DNA of 64,000 bases from an uncultured Candidatus Binatia bacterium (GTDB taxonomy: Bacteria > Desulfobacterota > Binatia > Bin18), in assembly GCA_965218395.1 (NCBI GenBank), contig OZ244620.1, positions 1,669,268-1,733,267 of the forward strand, in the 5' to 3' direction. How positions within the stretch are numbered: the stretch's first letter is position 1; each line of letters opens with the position of its first letter. Positions 1 to 8,802 of the stretch are shown in pieces. The notes under the pieces were generated by a model that did no database searches, was not told the DNA's origin, and saw only the letters and a program-made list of their open reading frames with translations. The translations under genes and the position numbers were made by a program.

Positions 1-91
1 GTAAGGCATCGAGTTCGGCCAACAAGGCGTGGCCGCGTGCGCCACCGAGCAAATGCCGGGTATCAAACCACAGGTTGCGAACGGATGACAT
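1..91 (-). CDS. N-terminal fragment of an unidentified gene running off the left edge (MSSVRNLWFDTRHLLGGARGHALLAELDAL...)
   Basis: Reverse-strand ATG near position 91 with an open frame to the window edge; no convincing RBS and no recognisable family. Confidence 0.3.
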   Translation of the reverse strand, partial: MSSVRNLWFDTRHLLGGARGHALLAELDAL

Positions 92-94
92 GGA

Positions 95-173
95 GGGGAG
101 ATAGAGAGGGGAGATAGAGATGAGGAGTGAGGGGTCAATCCCCAGCCCCCAATCCCTAACCCCCAATCCCTAA
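95..173. repeat. two adjacent 2-copy tandem repeats (GGGGAGATAGAGA x2, CCCCCAATCCCTAA x2) in the intergenic region downstream of ilvE
   Basis: Read directly from the sequence at 95-120 and 146-173. Confidence 0.5.
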
Positions 174-179
174 TTTTCC

Positions 180-1094
180 TTATACATAGGTCAGCCAATC
201 CTGATACTTTGGATTGCTGCCCTTGATGACGGCATCGAAGCGGGCTTTGAGTTCTCGTGTCACCGCTCCGGGCGTTTCCCCACGGATCACCCGGTCGTCG
301 AGCTCGCGAATCGGCGTCACCTCTGCGGCCGTGCCGGTAAAAAAGACCTCGTCGGCAAGATACACCTCGTCCCGGGTGATCCGGTCCTCTTCCAGCGGGA
401 CGTCCATATCGCGCAGCAGGCTGAGGGCGGTATCGCGGGTAATACCGGGCAGGAGCGAAGACGAGAGCGGCGGCGTTTTGATCTTGCCCCGCCGGACGAC
501 AAAGATATTTTCTCCCGGTCCTTCGGCCACGTAGCCGTCGGTATCGAGCAGCAGGGCCTCGTCATAGCCCAGCGCCCAGACCTCCTGACCGGCAAGAATG
601 GAATTCAGGTAGGCGCCGACGGCCTTGGCCTTGGTCATCAGGGTATTGACGTGAAAGCGCTGAAACGACGAAGTCTTGACCCGAATGCCCTTGAGCAGCC
701 CTTCTTCGCCCAGATAGGCCCCCCAGGCCCAGGCCGCAATGGAAACGCGAATCGGGTTGGTCCGGGCGTGCAGGCCACGGTCTCCCTCGCCGACAAAGAC
801 CAGCGGACGGATATAGCATTCCTTGAGGGCGTTGGCCCGCACCGTTTCCAGGCAGGCCCGCATCACTTCGTCTTGGGAAAAGGGGATGGTGAGGCCGAGG
901 ATGTGGGCCGAGTCGAACAGCCGCTCGATGTGTTCGGGTAAGCGGAAAACGCCGGACCGACCGTCTTCACCCGCATAGCAGCGAATGCCTTCAAATACGC
1001 CCACACCGTAGTGGAGCGTATGGGTGAGGACATGGACTTTTGCCTCGTCCCAGGGAACGAGTTCACCGTCCATCCAGATTTTGCCGTTTTCCAC
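180..1094 (-). CDS. ilvE: branched-chain amino acid aminotransferase (class IV); start probably the GTG giving VENGKIWMDGELVPW, the upstream extension being non-coding
   Basis: ORF 180..1226. Motifs KIWMDGELVPWDEAKVHVLTHTLHYG, EGPGENIFVV and GITRDT are typical of IlvE; canonical IlvE proteins begin just before the KIWMDG motif. Confidence 0.85.
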   Translation of the reverse strand: MENGKIWMDGELVPWDEAKVHVLTHTLHYGVGVFEGIRCYAGEDGRSGVFRLPEHIERLFDSAHILGLTIPFSQDEVMRACLETVRANALKECYIRPLVFVGEGDRGLHARTNPIRVSIAAWAWGAYLGEEGLLKGIRVKTSSFQRFHVNTLMTKAKAVGAYLNSILAGQEVWALGYDEALLLDTDGYVAEGPGENIFVVRRGKIKTPPLSSSLLPGITRDTALSLLRDMDVPLEEDRITRDEVYLADEVFFTGTAAEVTPIRELDDRVIRGETPGAVTRELKARFDAVIKGSNPKYQDWLTYV

Positions 1095-1244
1095 AGAAAC
1101 CTCCTTGCAAAAAGAGGTTTTTTGCAAATCAGAAGCCCTGGGGAAAGTCAACGGGTGGGGAGTGCTGGGAGAGAGGTCGGGTGTCTTGTCTATGTCTATG
1201 GGAAAGCCTATATCTGCACAATACATCCAATATGCGGAGGAAAA

Positions 1245-1499
1245 ATGCGTACCGTCTCCTTTACAGAAGCGCGCAATGGACTGAAAAAGATTTTAGATCA
1301 AGCGATTAACGATGCTGACTGTACGGTGATAACCCGTCGGGACAGTGAGGATGCCGTCGTCATGTCTTTAGACTACTACAACAGTCTTATGGAAACGGTT
1401 CATCTGCTCAAATCTCCAGCTAACGCTGTCCATCTCAGCAAATCTATTGAACAGTTCCGCACCGGCCAAACCAAGGAGAGAGAACTGTTGGATGAGTAG
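1245..1499 (+). CDS. yefM: YefM/Phd-family type II antitoxin (84 aa)
   Basis: MRTVSFTEARNGLKKILDQAINDADCTVITRRDSEDAVVMSLDYYNSLMETVHLL is a typical Phd/YefM fold. GGAGG RBS lies 5 nt upstream; in frame with track ORF 1011..1499; overlaps the downstream toxin by 8 nt. Confidence 0.85.
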   Translation: MRTVSFTEARNGLKKILDQAINDADCTVITRRDSEDAVVMSLDYYNSLMETVHLLKSPANAVHLSKSIEQFRTGQTKERELLDE

Positions 1500-1754
1500 G
1501 AATCTGGCTTGGACCGACGCCGCCTGGTCCGATTATGTGTATTGGCAGGGCCAAGATAAAAAGACAGTAAACGCATTAATACGTTGATAACGAGTGTGCT
1601 CCGAACTCCGTTTGAAGGGATTGGAAAGCCGGAGGCGCTAAAGGAAAATCTCTCCGGGTTCTGGTCTCGGAGAATCGACGCGACACATCGGCTCGTTTAC
1701 GCCGTGACCGATACCCATGTGACGATCATTGCCTGCCGGTATCACTACGGTTGA
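1492..1754 (+). pseudogene. yoeB: YoeB/Txe-family toxin interrupted by a -1 frame break near 1580-1587
   Basis: Frame 1 reads MSRNLAWTDAAWSDYVYWQGQDKKTVNALIR then stops. The -1 frame continues ITSVLRTPFEGIGKPEALKENLSGFWSRRIDATHRLVYAVTDTHVTIIACRYHYG, which matches the YoeB consensus (RTPFEG, GKPE, LSGFWSRRI, HRLVY). Either an authentic inactivating frameshift or a sequencing indel. Confidence 0.65.
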
Positions 1755-1776
1755 GTCGGGAATACGGAAGAACAAA

Positions 1777-1842
1777 GGGCCGAATCGCCTAAAAAGGCAG
1801 CTCGGTGGGCATGAACTCTTCCCGGTCAAGGACGAGAGCGGT
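1777..1842. repeat. 66-bp direct repeat, copy A; a duplicated moeA 3' end (encodes TALVLDREEFMPTELPF* on the minus strand); left boundary of the islet
   Basis: 62 of 66 nt identical to 5427-5492, which is the genuine moeA C-terminus plus stop. Confidence 0.8.
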
Positions 1843-2285
1843 TATTCTTCGTCCTGGAGCCTGTCTTTCTTCGTTTGATGGCGGTCGTAGAGAAAGGCTC
1901 CGACGAGTGATCCGACACCAGTGCCCCCGAAGATCGTCCCAGAGATTGGATTTCCAAGGGAGACCAGTATGCCACCTATGGCTAGGGCCACTAACCCAAT
2001 ACTGAGTCCGAACGTTTGCCCGCGTTTACGTAAATCGTGTTCTTGCTTAGCCGCTTCATGAGCGAGGGCGATCTGCTCACGATCTAGAGATATCTCATGG
2101 CGGGTCTGTTCTTCTAGGAGCGTGAGAAAGCGTTCGGCTGCTCCTGGGAGAATCTCCTCCCAACGCTGAATCTCTGCGGCTGGCGGCAGCGGACCAGCAT
2201 AACTCACCGCACGGGCACGCTGCTCAACCTGTCCCTCACTATCGGATTGCGCTTGGGGAGCGCTTGCCGGCAGTTGGTCAGCCAT
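1842..2285 (-). CDS. DUF2335-like membrane protein (phage/island associated)
   Basis: ORF 1842..2363; start inferred at MADQLPASAP. The EEQTRHEISLDREQIALAHEAAKQEHDLRKRGQTFGLSIGLVALAIGGILVSLG pattern, followed by two TM segments, matches DUF2335 architecture. Confidence 0.55.
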   Translation of the reverse strand: MADQLPASAPQAQSDSEGQVEQRARAVSYAGPLPPAAEIQRWEEILPGAAERFLTLLEEQTRHEISLDREQIALAHEAAKQEHDLRKRGQTFGLSIGLVALAIGGILVSLGNPISGTIFGGTGVGSLVGAFLYDRHQTKKDRLQDEE

Positions 2286-2586
2286 CTGTGCCTGTCGAGA
2301 TATCTGGCATTTTGCTACGAATCGCGGAAGCGTTTTTCGATAGCTTATAGACGGCCCGCGCAAGTGGAGATTGCGTATTCCGTCCGATGGTTACTCGGTA
2401 TGGTTGAGGGAAAATCTGGACAGTAGAACCGATACCGGCAATTACGGTGCGTAAGCGTCCAGTCTGTATTGGTCTGAAAGAGACAATTTTCCCACGAGGA
2501 TAGAGGAGCTTTCTCTGTCCTTTTGTCGTGATTCCACTCCAGGCGCGCTCTGCCTTGGCTGCGCTCTTGTCGTGTCTCCGTTCCAT
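2278..2586 (-). CDS. hypothetical basic 102-aa protein, 2 nt upstream of the DUF2335 gene in the same orientation
   Basis: Track ORF only; the tight spacing suggests translational coupling. No homology recognised. Confidence 0.3.
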   Translation of the reverse strand: MERRHDKSAAKAERAWSGITTKGQRKLLYPRGKIVSFRPIQTGRLRTVIAGIGSTVQIFPQPYRVTIGRNTQSPLARAVYKLSKNASAIRSKMPDISTGTDG

Positions 2587-2669
2587 GACTTTTGCTATAC
2601 GCTGACGAACTGTGCCTGATAACCTTTACGTACCTCAAAGTGTGAAGAAACGCAAAAGATGGCACTGTC

Positions 2670-3146
2670 CTAATTCGGCCGTTCTTTTTGAAAATAGGAC
2701 GTGAGGGGGAGTTTATTGTTGCTCACATGCATTCTCCTGAACCGCAACATTTTCTCGGTCTCCTTGGAGGTGAGCGTATAGTAGTTGTCAATTGCGCGCT
2801 GAAGCATGTCCTTCGCCTCCTCCGCTGCGTCAAACTCGACGCTCTTCGACTGATTGGGAGACCCATGTTTTACTCTATTCTTCGCATTATTTGCCCGTGT
2901 GGCGACCCACTTTTCGGTAGTAGCTTCACCCCGCAGCCGTTCGGAGACTGCACGGACCGCTTTCTTGATTGTATCCAAAGCAGTCTCCTGGCCGTTTTCC
3001 TTAAGCAGCTTTCCTAGTATTTCCTCCGCAGCACCCGCCAACGTGATAACGGAGTAGTAACTCTTCTCTGCTTCAAAGTATAAGCGCAGGGCGGTTTCCA
3101 ATTGTTCGAGTGCCATATCCTCTATCTGATGATCCAAGGTTTTCAT
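2670..3146 (-). CDS. hypothetical protein (158 aa from MKTLDHQIED)
   Basis: ORF 2670..3251. Internal ATG preceded by an AAAGAGGGA RBS; lower-GC segment. Confidence 0.5.
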   Translation of the reverse strand: MKTLDHQIEDMALEQLETALRLYFEAEKSYYSVITLAGAAEEILGKLLKENGQETALDTIKKAVRAVSERLRGEATTEKWVATRANNAKNRVKHGSPNQSKSVEFDAAEEAKDMLQRAIDNYYTLTSKETEKMLRFRRMHVSNNKLPLTSYFQKERPN

Positions 3147-3413
3147 TAGGCTGCTTTCCCTCTTTGGATGATGCGGAGACACGGCAAGCTTTTCATTTTC
3201 CACTGTCTGAAACCAATACGGTGCAGATTTTATTTTCTGGACCCACCACACAAGAAGACATTGAGAAGGTCAAGTCACACTTGGATCTCTCGAAAGACTC
3301 CTTTCCGCTGCGATCCCAATTGTTCCAACCTTCCCCTGGGTCCGACAAATCGGACGGAGAGTAAGAATACTCTCCGTCGCCCGATCACGGCCGCAGATGT
3401 AGCTGTGCTTCGG

Positions 3414-3980
3414 CTACTTTTCACGACAGGCAGGTTCATTCACCCGCAAGTACTGGTCAATGAAGTAGTCAAAAGTTCCTGATACCTTTTCATAGAGCCG
3501 TTCGGCGCGAGCCCAGCCGTCATATCTCCAGGTATCGATGGTGCCAGAAAGTTCCGTGAGCGGATCAACCACTTTCTTGTGAAACGTAAAAGAGAATGTG
3601 GCGAAGCTGTGGTCGCTGGATAGCGGTTTATCTCCTACCATAAATCCAAGTTTAGATTCGATTAACGGATCAATCTTGATAGTAAGCCTACCATGAAGCG
3701 ACTTTGATTCTCGGTAGATACGGGCGGCACGTAGCCGCCTTTGTAGAGTAGTGTCAATACTTTTGTGTGATGGGTAAGCGCTATATCGCGACGAGATAAG
3801 GCTATTATCTACTGGGGAGGCATACAGTACAAACAAATCGACGGGCTGGCAATTATTCCAGAGTGAAAAACGCTCGGTTTTTTTCATTGCGTCTGCCGCA
3901 GTTGCAGGTATATCCTCATTTGCTGCCCACGCCTCTGCCACACAGCATATCCATAGCAAGAGCGCAATAACGACGCCCAT
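3414..3980 (-). CDS. secreted hypothetical protein with signal peptide MGVVIALLLWICCVAEAWA
   Basis: AGGAGG RBS 6 nt upstream; hydrophobic N-terminus with an AXA cleavage motif; 9 nt downstream of the preceding gene. Confidence 0.6.
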   Translation of the reverse strand: MGVVIALLLWICCVAEAWAANEDIPATAADAMKKTERFSLWNNCQPVDLFVLYASPVDNSLISSRYSAYPSHKSIDTTLQRRLRAARIYRESKSLHGRLTIKIDPLIESKLGFMVGDKPLSSDHSFATFSFTFHKKVVDPLTELSGTIDTWRYDGWARAERLYEKVSGTFDYFIDQYLRVNEPACREK

Positions 3981-3989
3981 GACGTCCTC

Positions 3990-5147
3990 CTACCGCCGTT
4001 TCGCTTTTTCTAGACGTTTGGCCGCACGGGCAGCGGCGCGGGCTTCCCGCTCCCGCGCCTCGCGGTTGACCTCTCGTTGCCGCGATTGGGGCGCTGGTTT
4101 TACCCCCATTTCCCGTTCAAAGTGAGTCCGTTCTCGTGCCTCACGAGTGATTACTGGTTGCCTTCCAGCACGATCAATGTACACCCGATACGAAAAGCTT
4201 TGTAATTTCCTACTCTGCATCGCCACGTTCCGAATGGTGACCTGATAGGGCGTGTCATACTCCCAGCCGCGCACACGCCAGCTTAGGAAGTTCGGCACTC
4301 CATTCCAGTCGGTATCCATATAGATATTGCTGACTGGCAAGCGCGCGCCGTCCGCAATACGAGCCACGGTGACCGTGGCGAGTTGAAAATACGGGTGTCG
4401 ATTGTTCCCCCGTTTGGTTTTGTCTTCGATAACGCTGAAGCTCCACGGTGGATCATCCTCCATGAAGACGGCGGGATATGTCCTATACGGGAAGGCCACA
4501 TAATCGACCGTAATCAGCGGGGTGATAGTCGGTTCATGATCGAAGTCAAAGACTTTCTGCACCGTATAACCATACACTTGCCCATAGCTCACATGCGTGG
4601 CAAAGGGATTGAGCACCCAGCGGCGATGCCCAGCCGCAGCTACCTCACTCCTGTTATGCGCGTCGTGCGTCCATCCGATCATCTCTTCGACTGGGTCGTT
4701 GTCTCGACCACGTCCACCTCTTCTTGATCGTGAGAGGTTGCTGCTCTCACTGGCTTCTCTCCCTGCGGTGGTGTAACACCGTGCGCTGGAGGATGGGTGG
4801 TGCCCTGGATAGCCGTTCGCCGCCTGAATCAGTGCCGCCTCTTGAACACTCCGGTCGTAGAGGTAGCTGTATCGCACGGGAGCGAGACCATGCAGCGCCC
4901 GAATCCGGTTCATGCCTGCCAGCGCTCGATCCTTCGCCTTCTGGGTCAGCGTGCCCGGTCTGCACGCGTTGACGTTGGGACGAGACGTATACAGGAAGTG
5001 CTCGCCGGCATAGGTTTTGGTTGCAATATCTCGTCTGACCTCATGCCAAAATGGAGTCGCCCACACGGGGAGAGAAAAGACTGTGTTGGCGAATACCGAA
5101 CAGAGGAGGAGGGCGGTGAAACCACGCAGAGCGGACCATGAGCGCAT
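3990..5147 (-). CDS. secreted CAP/SCP (PR-1-like) domain protein with a basic C-terminal tail
   Basis: ORF 3990..5249; start chosen at MRSWSALRGFTALLLCSVFANTVFSLPVWA (signal peptide). GMNRIRALHGLAPV ... GHRRWVLNPFATHVSYGQVYGYTVQKVF resembles the CAP-domain GHYTQ/GHRxN...VQxF motifs. C-terminal REAREREARAAARAAKRLEKAKRR. Confidence 0.5.
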   Translation of the reverse strand: MRSWSALRGFTALLLCSVFANTVFSLPVWATPFWHEVRRDIATKTYAGEHFLYTSRPNVNACRPGTLTQKAKDRALAGMNRIRALHGLAPVRYSYLYDRSVQEAALIQAANGYPGHHPSSSARCYTTAGREASESSNLSRSRRGGRGRDNDPVEEMIGWTHDAHNRSEVAAAGHRRWVLNPFATHVSYGQVYGYTVQKVFDFDHEPTITPLITVDYVAFPYRTYPAVFMEDDPPWSFSVIEDKTKRGNNRHPYFQLATVTVARIADGARLPVSNIYMDTDWNGVPNFLSWRVRGWEYDTPYQVTIRNVAMQSRKLQSFSYRVYIDRAGRQPVITREARERTHFEREMGVKPAPQSRQREVNREAREREARAAARAAKRLEKAKRR

Positions 5148-5426
5148 GAGCAGTGTTGGACCACCTGCAGGGATGACGGCCCCGCAGGTGGCACATATTC
5201 GAGTAGCCATAGGGGAGTTTCCCGGTAGTGTCAAATCGAAAACAGCCACTCTTCAGAACATGGTGATCCCATCCGGCACCCAAAGATATCCGGCCCGGGA
5301 AGTGACTCCCAGGCCGTTTCTTCTTATATCTTTTGGCACCTCGCACGGCAAGCGTCAGACCTCCCAACCTAGGACACTATTTTCTGAAACTCGGACACTC
5401 ACTGTCAAATTAGGACAGGACCGGCA

Positions 5427-5492
5427 GGGCCGAGTCGCCTAAAAGGGCAGTTCGGCGGGCATGAACTCTTCCCGGTCAAGGACGAGAGCGGT
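5427..5492. repeat. 66-bp direct repeat, copy B (authentic moeA 3' end); right boundary of the islet
   Basis: Matches 1777-1842; overlaps the moeA stop codon at 5439-5441. Confidence 0.8.
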
Positions 5493-6677
5493 CGCGGTGG
5501 TACCCTTGCGGAGCAGCGCCACCTCGGGCGGGCCGATCACCAGGCTCTCTCCAAGAGAGAGCGAACTCAGGACGCCGGAGCTTTGGGTGCCGGTTGAATG
5601 CGCCACATAGCCGGAGCCGTTCCGGGTCAACTGACAGCGGACGAATTCCGTCAGGCCCTGGGCCTTGGGAATGTCCTCACCCAGAGTGACCTGGACGGTC
5701 GGAAAGAAGAGCTTGCGGTAGCCGGCCATGCGACGCAGCGCGGCCCAGGTGTAGAGATAAAAACACACCAGGGCGGAGACCGGATTGCCGGGCAGACCAA
5801 AATACGGGCGTCCGCGGAGCAGGCCAAACGTCAGCGGCTTGCCCGGCCTTTGGGCGACCCGCCAGAACAGACGCTCAATGCCAATGTCGTCCATGGCCGC
5901 TTTGACAAAATCAAAATCCCCAACCGACACCCCACCCGTGGATAACACGACATCGTGCCGTACGGCCTCTTCGAGCGCGGCGCGCGTTTCTTCCAGGCTG
6001 TCGCGGGCAATGGCCAGGGGAACGGGCTGACCGCCGGCCTCACGCACGGCCGCGGCCAGGGTGTAGGCGTTGGAGTTCACGATCTGACCCGGTTGCAGCG
6101 GGATATCGACCTCGGCCAGCTCATTGCCCGTACTCAAGATGGCCACCCTAGGCTGCTGATGCACCAGCACAAAGCTGCGCCCGACCGAGGCCAGCAGACC
6201 GATGTCCGCCGGACGCAGGACCCGGCCCGACTTGAGAATCGTCTGGCCGGGTTGGATGTCTTCCCCACTCGCGCGAATATTATTGCCTTTGGGACCGGCC
6301 TGACGAATGAGCACCTGGCCGGCTTGTTCCTGGGTGTCTTCGACCTTGATGACGCTATCGGCGCCCGGCGGCAGGACGGCGCCGGTCATAATTTTACTCG
6401 CCGTCTTGGGTTCGACCGTTCTGGTTGGCACGGCACCGGCTTGAATGACTTCCAGGACCGACAGCACAACGGGCCGGTCGGCCCGGGCGGACTGAATATC
6501 GTCGTGCCGAACCGCATAGCCGTCCATGGCCGAGTTGGTGAACGGCGGCACTTTGCGGACGGACTCGACCCCCTCGGCCAGGACGCGTCCGGTGGCTTCA
6601 AACAGACCGATACGCTCACCGGCCAGCGGAGAGACGGTCTCCAGAATCTGGGTCAGAGCCTCATGCACGGAGATCAT
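5439..6677 (-). CDS. moeA: molybdopterin molybdenumtransferase MoeA
   Basis: ORF 5439..6695; MoeA N and C domains (GGVSVGDFDFVK, GLPGNPVSALV). Start chosen at MISVHEAL because GGAGGG lies 7 nt upstream and the longer N-terminal extension reads through a palindromic repeat. Confidence 0.85.
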   Translation of the reverse strand: MISVHEALTQILETVSPLAGERIGLFEATGRVLAEGVESVRKVPPFTNSAMDGYAVRHDDIQSARADRPVVLSVLEVIQAGAVPTRTVEPKTASKIMTGAVLPPGADSVIKVEDTQEQAGQVLIRQAGPKGNNIRASGEDIQPGQTILKSGRVLRPADIGLLASVGRSFVLVHQQPRVAILSTGNELAEVDIPLQPGQIVNSNAYTLAAAVREAGGQPVPLAIARDSLEETRAALEEAVRHDVVLSTGGVSVGDFDFVKAAMDDIGIERLFWRVAQRPGKPLTFGLLRGRPYFGLPGNPVSALVCFYLYTWAALRRMAGYRKLFFPTVQVTLGEDIPKAQGLTEFVRCQLTRNGSGYVAHSTGTQSSGVLSSLSLGESLVIGPPEVALLRKGTTATALVLDREEFMPAELPF

Positions 6678-6693
6678 ACGCATACCCTCCGAC

Positions 6694-6747
6694 AAAGAGT
6701 AAACGTGTCCGGCATCTCATGTCTATTGGAGGACACGTTTACTCTTT
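6694..6747. repeat. family-1 palindromic element, copy a (arms AAAGAGTAAACGTGTCC / GGACACGTTTACTCTTT, 20-nt loop GGCATCTCATGTCTATTGGA), between the purE stop and the moeA start
   Basis: Perfect 17-bp inverted arms read from the sequence; four related copies elsewhere. Confidence 0.7.
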
Positions 6748-6765
6748 CAAGTCCGTTTGAGCGCC

Positions 6766-7272
6766 TTACAACGCACCTGCCTTGACACGCTCCTGTAAGC
6801 GCCGGTCTTTGTCGCGTGTCTTTTCAACCAGTTCGGCTTTGAAGGCCTGAAACCGTTCTAGCAGACCGGCGTTGCTGGTTGCCAGGATTTGAATAGCCAG
6901 CAGACCGGCGTTGCGGGCGCCATCGATGGCGACGGTCGCTACCGGCACGCCGGCCGGCATCTGGACAATCGACAGGAGTGAGTCCTGTCCGTTTAGGGCC
7001 GCGCTTTTGATCGGCACGCCAATAACCGGCAGGGGGGTATGGCCGGCAACCACCCCCGCCAGATGGGCAGCGCCCCCGGCTCCGGCAATGATGACCTTGA
7101 GGCCCCGTTCGTGCGCCTGACTCGCATAGTCGGTGGCATCGTGCGGTGTCCGGTGGGCGGACAGGACGCGGATTTCATACCCAACCTCAAACTCCTCACA
7201 GACTTTGGCCGCTTGTTTCATCGTCTCGAGGTCTGAATCGCTGCCCATAACAATGCCGATCTGGGGGGTCAT
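6766..7272 (-). CDS. purE: N5-carboxyaminoimidazole ribonucleotide mutase PurE
   Basis: [33 protein letters not shown] and VIGVPI motifs. Confidence 0.9.
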   Translation of the reverse strand: MTPQIGIVMGSDSDLETMKQAAKVCEEFEVGYEIRVLSAHRTPHDATDYASQAHERGLKVIIAGAGGAAHLAGVVAGHTPLPVIGVPIKSAALNGQDSLLSIVQMPAGVPVATVAIDGARNAGLLAIQILATSNAGLLERFQAFKAELVEKTRDKDRRLQERVKAGAL

Positions 7273-8687
7273 GCTTCCTCCTTTTCATTCCGGTCAACGA
7301 GCGCTTCCAATATATACTCCAGATGCACCCCGCGGGAGCCTTTGACCAGCATGAGCTGCGGCCCGTCGGCCTGCCGCACCAGCGCCCGGACACACGGCGC
7401 GGCCGTGGTTGCGTCGGGGAAGACGTGGGCCGGGAGCCCGGCCTGAACTGCTGCCTCGGCAAGCTGCGGGGCGTACCGGCCAACCGTCACCAGAGCGTCC
7501 GGGGCGGGTTTGAGCCCGGCGACATAGGCCCCGATCTCTCGGTGCCGCAACTCGCCGACTACTCCCAATTCGAGCATATCGCCCAAGACGAGAATCAATC
7601 GCTCGCCGGCCTGCCGAATCGTATTGGCGGTCCGCAGCGCGTGCTGCACGGAGGCTGGATTCGCGTTATAGCAGTCGTCCAGCCCGGTGAGTTGATAGGC
7701 CGGCAGGCTGAACGGGGCGAGACGACGGGGGGCGCCCTGGGCGGTCCGCAGCGTTGCGCAGGCCGTCTCCAGGTCCAAACCGTTCTCCAGCACCGCGGCC
7801 ATGGTCGCGAGGGCCGCGGGGACGCAATGGGAGCCGATGAGCGGCAGTTGCACCTGTCGGCGCTGTCCCAGGGCGTGCAGCTCAAAACGCGTCCCCGTCC
7901 GCGACACCTGAATCTGCGCGGCCCGTACCTGATTGGGCGGCTGTTCACCGAATGTGACAATCCGGCACCGGGCCTGGCGCTGGACGGCGGCCAGCAGCAC
8001 GGGGTCGTCGCCATTGATAATGACCAGCCCGTCGGGCGGCAGGGCGGCGAGCAACTCGGTTTCGGCGGCCAGCACCCCGGCCAGGTCGCCGAGCGTCTCG
8101 GTGTGTTCTTCGCTAATGGTGGTAATGACACCAATATGAGGCTGCGCAAAGCGGCCCAGCGCGGTGAGTTCTCCGGGGCCGCTCGTCCCCATTTCCAGGA
8201 CCAGGAAGTCGTCCTCCGGCGCGGCGCATAGCAGGGTCAGCGGCAGGCCGATGTGATTATTCAGATTGCCCTGGGTCGCCCGGGTGGGGCGTTGGGCGCT
8301 AAAGACCTGGGCCATCAACTCTTTGGTCGTTGTTTTGCCGTTGCTGCCGGCAATGCCGATCACTCGCGCGGCAAGCCGCCGGCGGTGCCAGGTGGCGAGG
8401 TCTTGGAGGGCGCTCAGCGGATCGGCGACGGCGATCCCGGTGGCGCCGTCGGGCGGCTCGACCGGGAAAGACGCCGAAAAAAGAAAGCCGGCCGCGCCAC
8501 TCTCCACCGCCGCCGGGATATAGTGGTGGCCATCGACCCGCTCGCCGGCCAGCGGAACGAACAACGCCTGGGGCGCGATGTGGCGCGAATCAATGCCGAC
8601 CGAGGTAAAGAGCGTCTCCGGGCGACCCCACTTCAGGGTTCCTCCGGTGGCGGTACAGACGTCGTGCGCGCGCAGTGCAACTCCCAC
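7269..8687 (-). CDS. murF: UDP-N-acetylmuramoyl-tripeptide--D-alanyl-D-alanine ligase MurF (GTG start)
   Basis: [14 protein letters not shown]-loop; [10 protein letters not shown]...[15 protein letters not shown]; 4-nt overlap with purE. Confidence 0.85.
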   Translation of the reverse strand: MGVALRAHDVCTATGGTLKWGRPETLFTSVGIDSRHIAPQALFVPLAGERVDGHHYIPAAVESGAAGFLFSASFPVEPPDGATGIAVADPLSALQDLATWHRRRLAARVIGIAGSNGKTTTKELMAQVFSAQRPTRATQGNLNNHIGLPLTLLCAAPEDDFLVLEMGTSGPGELTALGRFAQPHIGVITTISEEHTETLGDLAGVLAAETELLAALPPDGLVIINGDDPVLLAAVQRQARCRIVTFGEQPPNQVRAAQIQVSRTGTRFELHALGQRRQVQLPLIGSHCVPAALATMAAVLENGLDLETACATLRTAQGAPRRLAPFSLPAYQLTGLDDCYNANPASVQHALRTANTIRQAGERLILVLGDMLELGVVGELRHREIGAYVAGLKPAPDALVTVGRYAPQLAEAAVQAGLPAHVFPDATTAAPCVRALVRQADGPQLMLVKGSRGVHLEYILEALVDRNEKEEA

Positions 8688-8802
8688 AATGGGCCAACTC
8701 TATCGAGGCGGCCCAGGCGTCGCAAGCGTACAGGTCCAGCGGTTTCTCCGGGATACGCCGTGCTCCGTTGCTCTCCAGGGCGCGGCGTGTCACCATGCGC
8801 GT

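Noticed and set aside
6678-6695. Extended N-termini of moeA (MSEGMR...), phoB (MALYQQPAETAGRGN..., 29 aa) and ybaB (51 aa MAEKSRQSGRRE...)
   Set aside because: In each case the extension is a read-through of a family-1 palindromic repeat, and a better start with a GGAGG-type RBS lies downstream.
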